From contig OZ241883.1 in assembly GCA_965203445.1 (NCBI GenBank), positions 736,001 to 800,000 of the forward strand: a DNA stretch of 64,000 nt. The letters run 5' to 3'. The notes beneath the pieces are model-generated. The model made no database searches and had not been told where the DNA came from. It saw nothing but the letters and a program-made list of their open reading frames with translations. This document shows, in pieces, positions 10,049 to 19,797 of the stretch. This DNA comes from Candidatus Oxydemutator sp. (GTDB taxonomy: Bacteria; Pseudomonadota; Gammaproteobacteria; Poriferisulfidales; Oxydemutatoraceae). Made by a program: the position numbers and the translations under genes. The first letter of the stretch is position 1. Every line of letters starts with the position of its first letter.

Positions 10049-11161
10049 ATGAATATCACGATGCGCCGGTGCATACAAAAAGTCGCCACCGGCCCCGAAT
10101 ACAGCAAGGACCTGACGTTCGACGAGGCGCGCGCGGCGATGCGGTGCATACTCGCGGACGACGCCGACCCGGTGGAGGCGGCGGTGTATCTGATCGCGCT
10201 ACGGATGAAACGCGAGACGCAGGAGGAAAACCGGGGCACCTTGCAGGCGATCCGCGAAGCGCTCGAGACCGCGACCGCGCCGGTCGACCAGGTCGTGGCC
10301 ATCGCCGACCCGTACGACGGTTTTTTGCGTTCCCTGCCGGTTTCGCCCTTTCTTCCGGCGGTGCTCGCGGCCTGCGACGTCGCCGCACTCAGCCACGGGG
10401 TGGAGAAAGTCGGCCCGAAGTACGGCGCCACCCACCATACGATTTTGCGCGCCGCCGGCGCCGACGTCGGCCTGTCGGTGCGACGGGCGGCGGCGCGCCT
10501 GCAAGACGTCGGCTGGGCCTACGTGGATCAAAGCCGTTTCTGCCCGCGGCTGCATAACTTGGCGCCGCTGCGCACCCGCATCGTCAAGCGCCCGCTGATT
10601 ACGACCGTAGAGGTGCTCGCCCACCCGGTACGCGGGCGCCGCAGCACCCATCTCGTCACCGGTTACGTGCACAAGGCGTATCCGCCGATCTATCTCGACC
10701 TGGCAAAGTTCGCCGGCTTCGCCTCCGCGGCCGTCGTGCGCGGCAGCGAGGGCGGTGTGACGCCGTCCCTGAAACAACCGGCGCGGCTGCACGAATACCA
10801 CGGCGACGCCCCGGCGCGGGCGCGCGAACTCGACCCGCGGGCCATCGGCATAGACAGCAAGACGCGCGGCGTGCCGCTGCCGGACGATTTGCCGACGGCC
10901 GAGGAGCAGGGCGATGCGATCGCCGCCGACGTGGACGTGGGCGCGCTGTCGCAACGCGCGGCCGCGGCCGGCGTGGCCGCGCTGCAAGGCGAGCCGGGCG
11001 CCGCGCGCGGCTGCCTGATATACTCCGGCGCGACGGTGCTCACCCACCTGCGGCGCTTCGATTCGATGGCGGACGCCGCGGCCGCCGTGGCCGAACGGCT
11101 CGACGACGGCAGCGCATACGAACGTTTCAACGCGGCGCGCGCTTCCGGCGTCCCCGCGTAA
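10049..11161 (+). CDS. Anthranilate phosphoribosyltransferase-like protein (glycosyl transferase family 3, YbiB-like)
   Basis: IQKVATGPEYSKDL, LIALRMKRET, YDG, HGVEKVGPKYG, GYVHKAY, RGSEG. Confidence 0.75.
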   Translation: MNITMRRCIQKVATGPEYSKDLTFDEARAAMRCILADDADPVEAAVYLIALRMKRETQEENRGTLQAIREALETATAPVDQVVAIADPYDGFLRSLPVSPFLPAVLAACDVAALSHGVEKVGPKYGATHHTILRAAGADVGLSVRRAAARLQDVGWAYVDQSRFCPRLHNLAPLRTRIVKRPLITTVEVLAHPVRGRRSTHLVTGYVHKAYPPIYLDLAKFAGFASAAVVRGSEGGVTPSLKQPARLHEYHGDAPARARELDPRAIGIDSKTRGVPLPDDLPTAEEQGDAIAADVDVGALSQRAAAAGVAALQGEPGAARGCLIYSGATVLTHLRRFDSMADAAAAVAERLDDGSAYERFNAARASGVPA

Positions 11162-11204
11162 GTTTCCCGCACAATCCGCGCCCGGCAAAACGAGGAGAAA
11201 CAGA

Positions 11205-11408
11205 ATGGACCAACTGTACAGAGACGCGATTACGCGGATGGAGGCGGCGGGCGTGCACCCCGACTACGTTTTGGGCTGGCAGGGCGGCTATTTAGGCCAC
11301 CCCGAGCGCGAACGGCAGCGCGCCAGCGACGCCTACGCCGCCGGGCGCAAAGACGGAGAGGAAAAGAACGCCGACAACTTCTCGGTCTGGGCCGGCAAGG
11401 CGGATTAG
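11205..11408 (+). CDS. Small protein resembling the Alvin_2107 sulfur-globule-oxidation-associated family
   Basis: GAGGAG RBS; YRDAITRME..GV.PDYVLGWQGGYL.HP.RE.QR..DAY.AG..DG pattern (recalled similarity). Confidence 0.65.
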   Translation: MDQLYRDAITRMEAAGVHPDYVLGWQGGYLGHPERERQRASDAYAAGRKDGEEKNADNFSVWAGKAD

Positions 11409-11464
11409 CACAAACCGCGTCCCCGCGACGCGTCGTCCCCGCTTTGTCGGCACCGACGGTTTCT

Positions 11465-12040
11465 TCAATCGGCGACCCCGTCCGACGCGGCCCCGATCAT
11501 CGAGGCGGCGCGGCGCAACTCCTTGTAGAGTGCCGGCGCCTCGGCGTCGATCACGTAATCCGGTATCCACCGGCGGTGTTTTTCATCCATCGCGTCGCGC
11601 ACGCGTTCGCCCAACAGGCGCCGCATCGTGAAGCTCGGGCCGGCGGCGGCGTCGTAGCCGCATTCGGCGTATTCCTCGGCGCGGCGGTTGACGAGACCGA
11701 TAAAACGCCGCAGGTGATCGCCGTCGTCGCCGGCGTCCGCGCGGTTGTCGCGGATGATCTCGCCGAAGCGCCGCGCCGCCGCCTCGACCAGCGCCGCGCG
11801 GTCGGCGTCGGTAAGCCTGCCGTAGGCGTAACGGTCGAGCAGGTGCAGCGCGAACGCGGCGAATTCCGAGATCGCGTCCAGCCTTTGCGCGTCGTCGCGC
11901 GTCTCGAAACCTTCGTTCTCGAGGTTCAGCAGGCACTCGGTCGTGATGCGCCACAGGTTGACGCCGATGGCGCCGGCCACCGCGCGGTAATCGCGCGTGG
12001 CGGGCGCGCGGTTCCACCTGGTTTTCAGGCGCGGCGGCAT
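11465..12040 (-). CDS. Conserved hypothetical protein
   Basis: Host-like codon usage; MPPRLKTRW start; globular composition; start could extend to 12082. Confidence 0.6.
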   Translation of the reverse strand: MPPRLKTRWNRAPATRDYRAVAGAIGVNLWRITTECLLNLENEGFETRDDAQRLDAISEFAAFALHLLDRYAYGRLTDADRAALVEAAARRFGEIIRDNRADAGDDGDHLRRFIGLVNRRAEEYAECGYDAAAGPSFTMRRLLGERVRDAMDEKHRRWIPDYVIDAEAPALYKELRRAASMIGAASDGVAD

Positions 12041-12075
12041 AACCGAGCGGTGCGGCGGTGTAGTATCATGGCGCC

Positions 12076-13185
12076 ATGCCATTGTGCCATGAAGCCTCGC
12101 CTAAGACACCGTCGCGGGCCGGGAATGGACGTGCGCCCGGCCACGCGCTGGAACGGGCGGCCCTGTGCGAGACGGTGCGCTACAACTGCGGCGTGGCCGA
12201 CGCGCGCCACGCCGGCGACTACACGATGTGCGTCTATCTGCTGAAGATGCGCGAATACTACCGCTGGGAACGGGGCTACGCCTTCGACGAGGCGCTGCCG
12301 AAAGCCGATCTGGGCGCGTGGCTGAGCGAGCGCGAGGCGCTGTGGCGGCGTCTCGAAGACCGTCCCTTCCGCAAGCTGCGCGTCGCGGAACGCGCGTTCG
12401 ATCCGTTCGACACGGCCGCGATCAACCGCCGGCTGAACCGGCGCGGTTACGTGTACTCGGGCGGCTTCGGCGGCAACGGCGTCCCTCACTTCTTTCTCGG
12501 GCGCCTCGAGTCAAGACAAACTCGCGACGGAGTCGAAGTGTTGGTGGCGGCCGCCGAATGCGCGCGCGACCTTGCGGCACCGCCGGCGATGTCGTTGGAC
12601 GGCGTGATCTTCGTGCGCCGCGAGTCCATCCGCAGGATGATCTGGGAAAAACTCACCGAATGGCGCTGGCAGCGCACGCGCAACGCGATGGCGCAGGCGT
12701 TCTCCTACTACGATTTCGACGGCGACCTCGAACGGGCGCTGGACGACATGACGCAAAACGAGATCGAGACCGTCACCCTGCACGAGCTCGGCGAGATCGA
12801 GGCCGGACGGCTGCTCGGCAAAAGGTGGTACGAGATGCTCGCGCGCCTGCCGCGCTCGCGCGCCGCGCTCATGGCGCGCGCGGTCAAGGACAATCTCGCC
12901 GATTCGATCACGGTGCTGCCGACGCTGGTCGGCGAACGCAAAATCCCGTCGCTGCACTTCCACGTCGCCAGCCTGACGGCGACGCGCAAAAAATTGTTCC
13001 CGGCGCTGACCGACGCCTACCGCGACTGGCGGCGCGGCGGCAGCATGGACGCAATCGCAGAACTGGCGGCGCCGGCGCGGCGGCACTGGCGGCGCACAGC
13101 AAACCGCCTGCTCGAGGCCTTCGAGCGCGACGGCGAGGACGCCGCGCCGCGCATCGAGGCGCTGTGCGAGCGGGCGGCGCTGTAG
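12076..13185 (+). CDS. Sfum_1244-like protein
   Basis: NCGVADARHAGDYTMCVYLLKMREYYRWE, LHELGE, RAVKDNLAD (recalled family motifs). Confidence 0.7.
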   Translation: MPLCHEASPKTPSRAGNGRAPGHALERAALCETVRYNCGVADARHAGDYTMCVYLLKMREYYRWERGYAFDEALPKADLGAWLSEREALWRRLEDRPFRKLRVAERAFDPFDTAAINRRLNRRGYVYSGGFGGNGVPHFFLGRLESRQTRDGVEVLVAAAECARDLAAPPAMSLDGVIFVRRESIRRMIWEKLTEWRWQRTRNAMAQAFSYYDFDGDLERALDDMTQNEIETVTLHELGEIEAGRLLGKRWYEMLARLPRSRAALMARAVKDNLADSITVLPTLVGERKIPSLHFHVASLTATRKKLFPALTDAYRDWRRGGSMDAIAELAAPARRHWRRTANRLLEAFERDGEDAAPRIEALCERAAL

Positions 13186-13196
13186 CGACGCCGGGC

Positions 13197-13808
13197 ATGA
13201 ACGCGGAAAACCGGTTTCATTCGCCCCTGGCCACGATACGCGAGGCCAAGCCGAACACTTTCATCTTCGAGAAGACCGGCGCGCTGCCGGACGCGCTGTG
13301 CGACGACGTCGTGCGGCGCTTCGAGGCGGCACCCGACGAGCACTACCCCGGTCGCGTCGGCCAGACCGGCTACGAGGACTTCTCGATCAAACGCTCGACC
13401 GACCTCTACATCAGCGGCAAACCGCAGTGGCGGGACGTCGACAGCGGGCTGTTCGGCTCGCTGTCGTCGGCGCTCGCCGAGTTTCGCCGCGCGTTCCCGT
13501 ACTTCCGCGGGCGCTTCAAGGACCTGGGTTACGGCATACAGCGCACGCGCACCGGCGAGTTCTACCATTGGCACGTGGACGGCGGCAGCCACGATTTCAG
13601 CGCGCGCCAGCTGGTCGCAATCTGGTACTTGAACGACGTCGAGGACGGCGGCGGCGGCGACACCGAATTCTTCGTGCAGCGGGTGCGCGTGCGCCCGCAG
13701 CGCGGCAAACTGCTGCTGTTCCCGCCGTTCTGGACGCACGAGCACCGGGGCGCGCGCCTGCAAAAAGGCGTCAAGTACATCGCCACGACCTGGGTGCTAT
13801 TCGCGTGA
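13197..13808 (+). CDS. 2OG-Fe(II) oxygenase (prolyl-hydroxylase-like)
   Basis: WHVD...WYLND...GGDTEF...FPPFWTHEHRG...KY: HxD..H facial triad. Confidence 0.85.
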   Translation: MNAENRFHSPLATIREAKPNTFIFEKTGALPDALCDDVVRRFEAAPDEHYPGRVGQTGYEDFSIKRSTDLYISGKPQWRDVDSGLFGSLSSALAEFRRAFPYFRGRFKDLGYGIQRTRTGEFYHWHVDGGSHDFSARQLVAIWYLNDVEDGGGGDTEFFVQRVRVRPQRGKLLLFPPFWTHEHRGARLQKGVKYIATTWVLFA

Positions 13809-14149
13809 GCAAGGCACCGCCGCCCGACGCATACGACGACGCCGGCTGCGCCGCGGGCGAAGCGTACGCGCTGCGCGTGCTGGGCGACAGCATGGAACCG
13901 GAGTTCGCCGACGGTTCGATCATCATCGTCGAACCCGGCGGCGTCGTCGAAAACGGATCGTACGTGATCGCCCGCACCGGCGGCGAGTACATCCTGCGGC
14001 AATTCGTCACCGAAGGCGAACACAGTTTTCTGAGGGCCTTGAACCCCGGCTACGCCGACGTCCCGGTACCCGGCGCCGAGGTCGTGCGCGGCGTCGTCGT
14101 CCAGCGCGCCGGCACGCGCCGCCGCGACCGCAAACGCTACGCCGGCTGA
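13805..14149 (+). CDS. S24 peptidase-like stand-alone domain
   Basis: GTGA overlap with the upstream stop; ALRVLGDSMEPEF..G.IIIVEP...LRALNP.Y. Confidence 0.75.
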   Translation: MSKAPPPDAYDDAGCAAGEAYALRVLGDSMEPEFADGSIIIVEPGGVVENGSYVIARTGGEYILRQFVTEGEHSFLRALNPGYADVPVPGAEVVRGVVVQRAGTRRRDRKRYAG

Positions 14150-14159
14150 GGCGCGGCCC

Positions 14160-14822
14160 TCAGCGCCCCTTGCGAATCGCGTGCTTGACCGCGATCATCG
14201 CCGCCTCGGTGCGCGAGCGCACGCCCAGTTTCTTCAGCACCACGTTGACGTGCAGCTTGACGGTGCCGAAGGTGATGCCTAAGGCTTCCGCGATCAGTTT
14301 GTTGCTGCGCCCGTGGACGAGCAGATCCAGAACCTCGCGCTCGCGCGCCGTCAGCTTACCGATCAGTTCGCCGGGACACGGCGCCGGCGGTTCGCTCAGA
14401 TCGAGTTTTTCATAGGCGCCGCGCAGCACCGGCGCGACCACGGTCTTGCCGCGAACCACGTCGTGCAGCGCGGCGACGAGATCGTCGGGGGCGCTGTCCT
14501 TCAGCAGGTAGCCTTTGGCGCCACGCTTGAGCGAGTCGCTCAGGTCGTCGCTTTCCCTGCTCGCGGTCAACATCACGACCGGCTTCGCAAAGCCGCGCCG
14601 CGACAGCTCCTCGAGCACCTGTATGCCGTCCACGGCGGACATGCGCACGGCCACCAGTACGGCGTCGGGCTGGGTCTTGTGCACCCGTTCGACGCCGCGC
14701 AGGGCGTCGCCCTCCGACGCCACCACCTCGACACCGCGCGCGGCCAGCAGCGCCTCGAGACCGTCCCTGAACAAACGGTGGCCGTCTATCAAGGCGACCG
14801 ACAGAGGAACGGCCACGTCCAC
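14160..14822 (-). CDS. NarL/LuxR-family response regulator with an atypical receiver domain
   Basis: Receiver fold (VALIDGH...VVMLT...GYLLKD) plus LTAREREVL..GRSNK.IA..L.I..GTVK.HV HTH; GTG start overlaps the dsrR stop. Confidence 0.85.
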   Translation of the reverse strand: MDVAVPLSVALIDGHRLFRDGLEALLAARGVEVVASEGDALRGVERVHKTQPDAVLVAVRMSAVDGIQVLEELSRRGFAKPVVMLTASRESDDLSDSLKRGAKGYLLKDSAPDDLVAALHDVVRGKTVVAPVLRGAYEKLDLSEPPAPCPGELIGKLTAREREVLDLLVHGRSNKLIAEALGITFGTVKLHVNVVLKKLGVRSRTEAAMIAVKHAIRKGR

Positions 14823-15163
14823 TAGGTCTCGTCCGGCGGAACGTAGGCCGGGTCGTTCGGGTTCAGGAAGATAAAGTGGAAGCGCCCACGTTCGAGTTCG
14901 ACGTAATCTATCGTCGTGTCCTTCAGCAGGCTCAGGGCGCTCCCCGACACGACCACCGAAACGTCGCCGCTGGTGAAGGAAACGTCGTCCTCGCGCGTGG
15001 CGTCGTCGAAACCCATCGCGTAGTGAAAACTGTCGTCGGGCGCGCGTTTCACGGCGACGCGCAACGGCCAGTCGCGCGCGTTGCCGCGCGCCGCGGATTT
15101 TTTTATCTGCCGGGCGGCGGACGCCGTGACCCGGATCGGCGCGTCCCCACCCGGCATCGTCAC
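14822..15163 (-). CDS. dsrR: DsrR (Cys-less HesB/IscA-like protein)
   Basis: YAMGFDD...LLKDTTIDYVELERGRFHFIFLNPNDPAYVPP closely matches the recalled Allochromatium DsrR C-terminus; no Cys. Confidence 0.8.
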   Translation of the reverse strand: MTMPGGDAPIRVTASAARQIKKSAARGNARDWPLRVAVKRAPDDSFHYAMGFDDATREDDVSFTSGDVSVVVSGSALSLLKDTTIDYVELERGRFHFIFLNPNDPAYVPPDET

Positions 15164-15810
15164 GCGCCGTGCGCCAGCCCCAACGATAGTACGGCGCGCC
15201 GCACCCGCTCGCGCGCGCCCGCGGTGGGCGGCCGCCCCGTGACGATGCGCCGCAGGTCCTCGCGCGCACGCTCAAAATCGTCGTTGACGACGACCTGGTC
15301 AAACTCGTCAAAATGGCTCATCTCTTTCATCGCTTCGCTCATGCGCCGTTCGATCACTTCCCGCGAATCGCGTCCGCGACTTTGCAGACGCTCGCGCAGC
15401 GCCTCCTTCGACGGCGGCAGGATAAATATGGAAACCGCGTCCTTCATACAGGCCCTGACCTGCCTTGCTCCCTGCCAATCTATTTCCAGCAGAATATCAC
15501 GCCCGGATTCGATTGTCATTTCAAGCCACCGCCGGGAAGTGCCGTAGCGATGGCCAAAAACCTCGGCCGATTCGAGAAAATCTCCTTTGCCCCGCAAGCG
15601 CGCAAACGTCGCCTCATCCACAAAATAATAATCGCGCCCCTCGACCTCGTCGCGCCGCCGCGGCCGGGTCGTGTGCGACACCGACATCCTGAGGCACTGC
15701 AACTCCTCCAGCAGTTTTCTGAGCAAGGTGGTCTTGCCGGCGCCCGACGGCGCGGCCACGATGAACAGACGGCCGCGACGCGCCGGACGCCGATTGACGA
15801 CGGGACCCAT
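15160..15810 (-). CDS. gmk: Guanylate kinase
   Basis: APSGAGKTT, SHTTRPRR.EV.G.DY.FV, YGTS, LEIDWQGA, FILPPS. Confidence 0.96.
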   Translation of the reverse strand: MGPVVNRRPARRGRLFIVAAPSGAGKTTLLRKLLEELQCLRMSVSHTTRPRRRDEVEGRDYYFVDEATFARLRGKGDFLESAEVFGHRYGTSRRWLEMTIESGRDILLEIDWQGARQVRACMKDAVSIFILPPSKEALRERLQSRGRDSREVIERRMSEAMKEMSHFDEFDQVVVNDDFERAREDLRRIVTGRPPTAGARERVRRAVLSLGLAHGA

Positions 15811-15889
15811 GCGCTTAATCTACCATAGGCCGGGGCGCGCCGGCGCGGCGTAATATAATTCGCCGACAACCGCGGGGGGAAACTTGGCC

Positions 15890-16213
15890 ATGACTTTTGT
15901 CGTCAACGAAAACTGCATCAAGTGCAAATATACCGACTGCGTCGAAGTCTGTCCGGTGGACTGCTTCCACGAAGGGCCGAACTTCCTGGTCATTGATCCG
16001 GAGGAGTGCATAGACTGCGCGTTGTGCGAACCCGAGTGCCCGATCGCCGCCATCGCGCCGGAGGACGCGCTCGAGCAGGAGCAGCGCCACCTGCTGCAAC
16101 TCAACGCCGAACTGGCGCTGGAGTGGCCGCTCATCACCGTGAAGAAAGACCCGCCGCCGGACGCCGACGACTGGCGCGACAAACCGAACAAGCTCGACCT
16201 GCTCGAGCGCTGA
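15890..16213 (+). CDS. fdxA: 7Fe ferredoxin FdxA
   Basis: [26 protein letters not shown]...[12 protein letters not shown]. Confidence 0.95.
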   Translation: MTFVVNENCIKCKYTDCVEVCPVDCFHEGPNFLVIDPEECIDCALCEPECPIAAIAPEDALEQEQRHLLQLNAELALEWPLITVKKDPPPDADDWRDKPNKLDLLER

Positions 16214-16219
16214 GCGCCG

Positions 16220-19045
16220 TTGTCCGCCGTCGTCTCCCGCCGCCGCGACCCGGGCGCGGTCTGCGCCGAAGCCGTCGTCGCCGATTTCCAGGACGATCTG
16301 CCCGACCTCGGACGCGCGGTGATCCTCGTGCCCGAGGCGTTGCAGCGCCTCAGGCCGCAATTCGTCGAGCTGCGCGCGCGGCTGCTCGAGTGCGCGCGCG
16401 CGCGCGGCCACGACGCGCTGATCGCGCCGCTGATTTCGACGCCGTGGCAGTTGTTCCTGCAACGAAGCGCGCCGCCGGCGCGCGCAGCGAGCGGACACGA
16501 GCGCGAGTTGCTGCTGGCGGACGAACTCGAAAACAACCCCGGCTCGTTCCCGCGCGGCGGGCTGTGGCAGACGACGGACGAATTGCTGCGCTTCTTCGAC
16601 GAAGTCAGCGAACTCGACGACGCGCGCGACGACGACGTTCCGCTCGAGCAGGGCCTGCGACGTCTCGCCGGACACTGGAGCACCGAGACCGAAATACTGT
16701 TGGGGGTGTGGCGGGCGTGGAACGAGACGGCGCCCGCGCTCGGCGAGCAGCGCGCGCGCTACCGGCGCGAACTGATGAGCGGCGGCCTGCTGGCCGAAGA
16801 CGAGCACGCCTACCTGTGCGGCTTCGATCAACTGACGCCGTGCCAGGCCGCGTGGGCGCGCAAACTCGAAGGCGCAGGCCGCCTGACGCGATTGCCGCGC
16901 GCGCGCACGACGCCAAAGGCCGCGTCGCCCGCCGCGGGCGCGATCGCGGACGACGACGCCCGCGCATACGTGCTCGACCGGATATTCGAGCGCGACGGCG
17001 CGCCGCTTTGCGAACGCGCGCGCGCCACCGCGGCGCGCTTCCGCGCAAGCCCGCTCGCGCCGCGCCTGCGCGTCTTCAGGCCGCGGACGCTCGAGGAGCA
17101 CGCCTGGGGCATCTGCCTGACGATACGGGAATGGCTGCGGGAGAACAAAAGCGTCGGCATCGTCAGCCTCGACCGGCGCTTGACGCGGCGCCTGCGCGCG
17201 GTGCTCGAGCGCCGCGGCCTGGCGCTCTACGACTATTCGGGATGGGAGTTGTCCACCACCAGCAGCGCCGGCGCGTTGCGCAACCTGTTGGCGCTTGCCG
17301 ACGGCGAACGCGCCCTGGAGGCGCACGTCGCGTTGATGCGTTCGCCGTGGTGCGAGCATCCGGGCGCGCGCGCGCACCTCGCCGCGGCCCTGCACCACGT
17401 CGAGCAATGCGACGCGCGCGCGGACTACCCGCCGCGCACCACCCGCGAGTGGATCGCGCGGCTGCGCAAAGGCGGCGGCGACGGCGCGTTCGCGGCCGCC
17501 GTGGCCGGGCGCGTCGCCGACGCCGCCGCGCCCCTGCGCGGCTTCGCCGAAAGCGACCGGCGGCGTCTTTTCAGCGATTACTTCGATCACCTGCTGGCGG
17601 CCATGGAAGCGCTCGGCATGAAGCGCCGCTTCGAGACCGACGCCGCCGGCGACAGACTGCTCGTCGAATTGCGCGACATGCGCGAGGCCGCGGGCGCGCG
17701 ACAAAAGCGCGGCACCTTCCGCGCGTGGCGCGGCTGGCTGGCGCACGGCCTGGAAAACGCGAACTTCTACCCACCGCCGCGGGCGCGCGAGGGCGTGCTG
17801 CTGATGAACCTGCGCCAAAGCCGGCTGGCGCGGTTCGACGCTCTGGCGGTCGCCGGGCTGGACCGGCGTCACCTGCCGGCGGCGGCGCAAACCGGGCTGG
17901 TCAACGAAAAAATCCGCCGCGAACTGAACCTGGAGACGCGCGAGCAGCGCGATGCGCTTCAGTTCGGCCTGTTCCGGCGCCTGCTGGAACGGGGCGCCGA
18001 TACGATACTGCTGAGCTGCGAGCGGGCGGCCAACGGGCGCGCCCTCGAACCTGCGCCGTGGTTGCGCGCCATCGGGGAATTCCACCGTCTCGCGTACAAC
18101 GACGATCTAGAAGACGTGCAACTGGCGCGCCGCGCCGGGCAAGCGCCGCAGCTGGAACCGCGCCGGCGCCAAGCGGGCGCGCCGGCGCAAGTGCAAAAAC
18201 GCCCGGCGCCGGCGGCGCCGCGCGACCTGTGGCCCGAACCCTTGAGCGCGGCCGCGCACCAGACGTTGGTGGATTGCCCGTACCGCTTCTTTGCGCGCTA
18301 CGCGCTGCGTCTCAGGAAACCGCGCGACGCCGTCGCCCACTGGAGCGCCGCCGACTACGGCAGCCACCTGCACCGGTGCCTGCAAGCGCTGCACCAGGAC
18401 GTGGCCGGCCTGCCCGGGCCGATGAACAAGCCGTGGACCGAAGAACATCGCGCGTTCGCGCTGCACTTGGCGGGCGAGGTCGTCGGCGCCGAATTTTCGC
18501 GCGCCGTCGAGGCCAACCGCGCCAACCGCTACTGGCGCGACGAGGCGCTGGCCGCGACCACCTGGTACGTCGGCTGGATGATCGAGTACTTCGGGCGCGC
18601 GCCGGCGCCGTCGTTCAAAGCCGAACACGGACTGGAGGCGGTGCTGGACGACGGCGCCACCCGTGTCGTTTTAGGCGGGCGCCTCGATCTGGTCGCCGAA
18701 GACGAAGCGAGCACGCGGATCCTTGACTACAAGAGCGGGCGGCTGCCGACGAAAAAGGCCGTCGAGCAGGGAGAGGAGGTCCAGCTGCCGAGCTACGCGC
18801 TGCTCGCGCAACACGTGCGCGCCGTATCGTATCTCGGACTCAGGCGCGGCGACCGCAGACCGCTGCACTTCGACCAGGAGCAGCTCGAACCGGTGCGCGA
18901 GCGGATGCGCGCACGCCTGCTCGAGATGCGCGCGTGCTACGACGACGGCCAGCCGCTGCCGGCGTGGGGCGCGGAAACCGCGTGCAGGCACTGCGACTAC
19001 TATGGGCTGTGCCGCCGCCCGGCGTGGCTGGCCTACTCGCGATGA
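16220..19045 (+). CDS. addB: AddB-like PD-(D/E)XK nuclease with Fe-S staple
   Basis: CPYRFFARYALRL, GRLD..DYKSG, QL..Y, C-terminal CRHCDYYGLC; follows fdxA; TTG start uncertain. Confidence 0.75.
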   Translation: MSAVVSRRRDPGAVCAEAVVADFQDDLPDLGRAVILVPEALQRLRPQFVELRARLLECARARGHDALIAPLISTPWQLFLQRSAPPARAASGHERELLLADELENNPGSFPRGGLWQTTDELLRFFDEVSELDDARDDDVPLEQGLRRLAGHWSTETEILLGVWRAWNETAPALGEQRARYRRELMSGGLLAEDEHAYLCGFDQLTPCQAAWARKLEGAGRLTRLPRARTTPKAASPAAGAIADDDARAYVLDRIFERDGAPLCERARATAARFRASPLAPRLRVFRPRTLEEHAWGICLTIREWLRENKSVGIVSLDRRLTRRLRAVLERRGLALYDYSGWELSTTSSAGALRNLLALADGERALEAHVALMRSPWCEHPGARAHLAAALHHVEQCDARADYPPRTTREWIARLRKGGGDGAFAAAVAGRVADAAAPLRGFAESDRRRLFSDYFDHLLAAMEALGMKRRFETDAAGDRLLVELRDMREAAGARQKRGTFRAWRGWLAHGLENANFYPPPRAREGVLLMNLRQSRLARFDALAVAGLDRRHLPAAAQTGLVNEKIRRELNLETREQRDALQFGLFRRLLERGADTILLSCERAANGRALEPAPWLRAIGEFHRLAYNDDLEDVQLARRAGQAPQLEPRRRQAGAPAQVQKRPAPAAPRDLWPEPLSAAAHQTLVDCPYRFFARYALRLRKPRDAVAHWSAADYGSHLHRCLQALHQDVAGLPGPMNKPWTEEHRAFALHLAGEVVGAEFSRAVEANRANRYWRDEALAATTWYVGWMIEYFGRAPAPSFKAEHGLEAVLDDGATRVVLGGRLDLVAEDEASTRILDYKSGRLPTKKAVEQGEEVQLPSYALLAQHVRAVSYLGLRRGDRRPLHFDQEQLEPVRERMRARLLEMRACYDDGQPLPAWGAETACRHCDYYGLCRRPAWLAYSR

Positions 19046-19797
19046 ACGCGCGCGCGCTGCACGGCGCCGCGCTCGGCGTCGCGCTGGCCGCGACCCCGGC
19101 GACGGCGGGCACCGCGGCGCTCACCGACGGCTTCGAGGCCGAGTACGCGCTCGGCATACCGGACAAAATCATAGGCGTCGTCTCGGTGGCGGTGTCGCAC
19201 CGGCGCGGCGATCTGCTCTACCGCAGCGAGACGCGCCCGCGAGGAGCGCTCGGCATGCTGATGACGATGAACGCGACGCTGATAACGCGCTCGCGCGTGC
19301 GCCGCGTCGGCGACCGCCTGCTGCCCCTCGAATACGAGTACAGCGTCGAAGGCCGTCCCGAAAAAAAACGCCGTTTGTCGTTCGACTGGCGCGAGCGCCG
19401 CGTCGCGGGCGAAAACCAGGGCGAGCATTATGAATTGGCGCTGGAGGACGGCGCGTTGGACGAAAACACGTGGCAACTGCAACTGATCGCGGACGCCGCG
19501 GCCGCGGCCGCCAACGGCGAACCGCTCGACCGCAGCTACCGCATAGTGGCCAAAGGCAAGAGCAAGACGCGGCGTTTCGTCGAGATCGGAAACGAGGAGA
19601 TCGAGACCGAATTCGGGCGCGTCGCCTGCCTGCGCGTCGACAGAATCCGACGCGGCAAGACCGACCGCGTGCTGTGGCTCAGCCCGCGCCACCATTATCT
19701 GCCGCTGGTGATCGAGAAAATCGACGACGGCAGAGTACGGCAGCGGCTGTCCATGCGCACGCTGCGCCTGCGCGGCGGCGCTCAAAAACCCGAATAG
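19042..19797 (+). CDS. DUF3108-like exported protein
   Basis: Signal peptide; LLPLEYEY, L.FDW, G.EEIETEFG, LWLSPRHHYLPLVI. Confidence 0.7.
   Translation: MNARALHGAALGVALAATPATAGTAALTDGFEAEYALGIPDKIIGVVSVAVSHRRGDLLYRSETRPRGALGMLMTMNATLITRSRVRRVGDRLLPLEYEYSVEGRPEKKRRLSFDWRERRVAGENQGEHYELALEDGALDENTWQLQLIADAAAAAANGEPLDRSYRIVAKGKSKTRRFVEIGNEEIETEFGRVACLRVDRIRRGKTDRVLWLSPRHHYLPLVIEKIDDGRVRQRLSMRTLRLRGGAQKPE

Noticed and set aside
9275-10557. ORFs 9275-9523, 9402-9611 and 9448-10557
   Set aside because: No motifs or RBS, and they overlap better-supported genes
14822-15163. Second iscA/erpA gene
   Set aside because: Lacks all three Fe-S-ligating cysteines; matches DsrR instead
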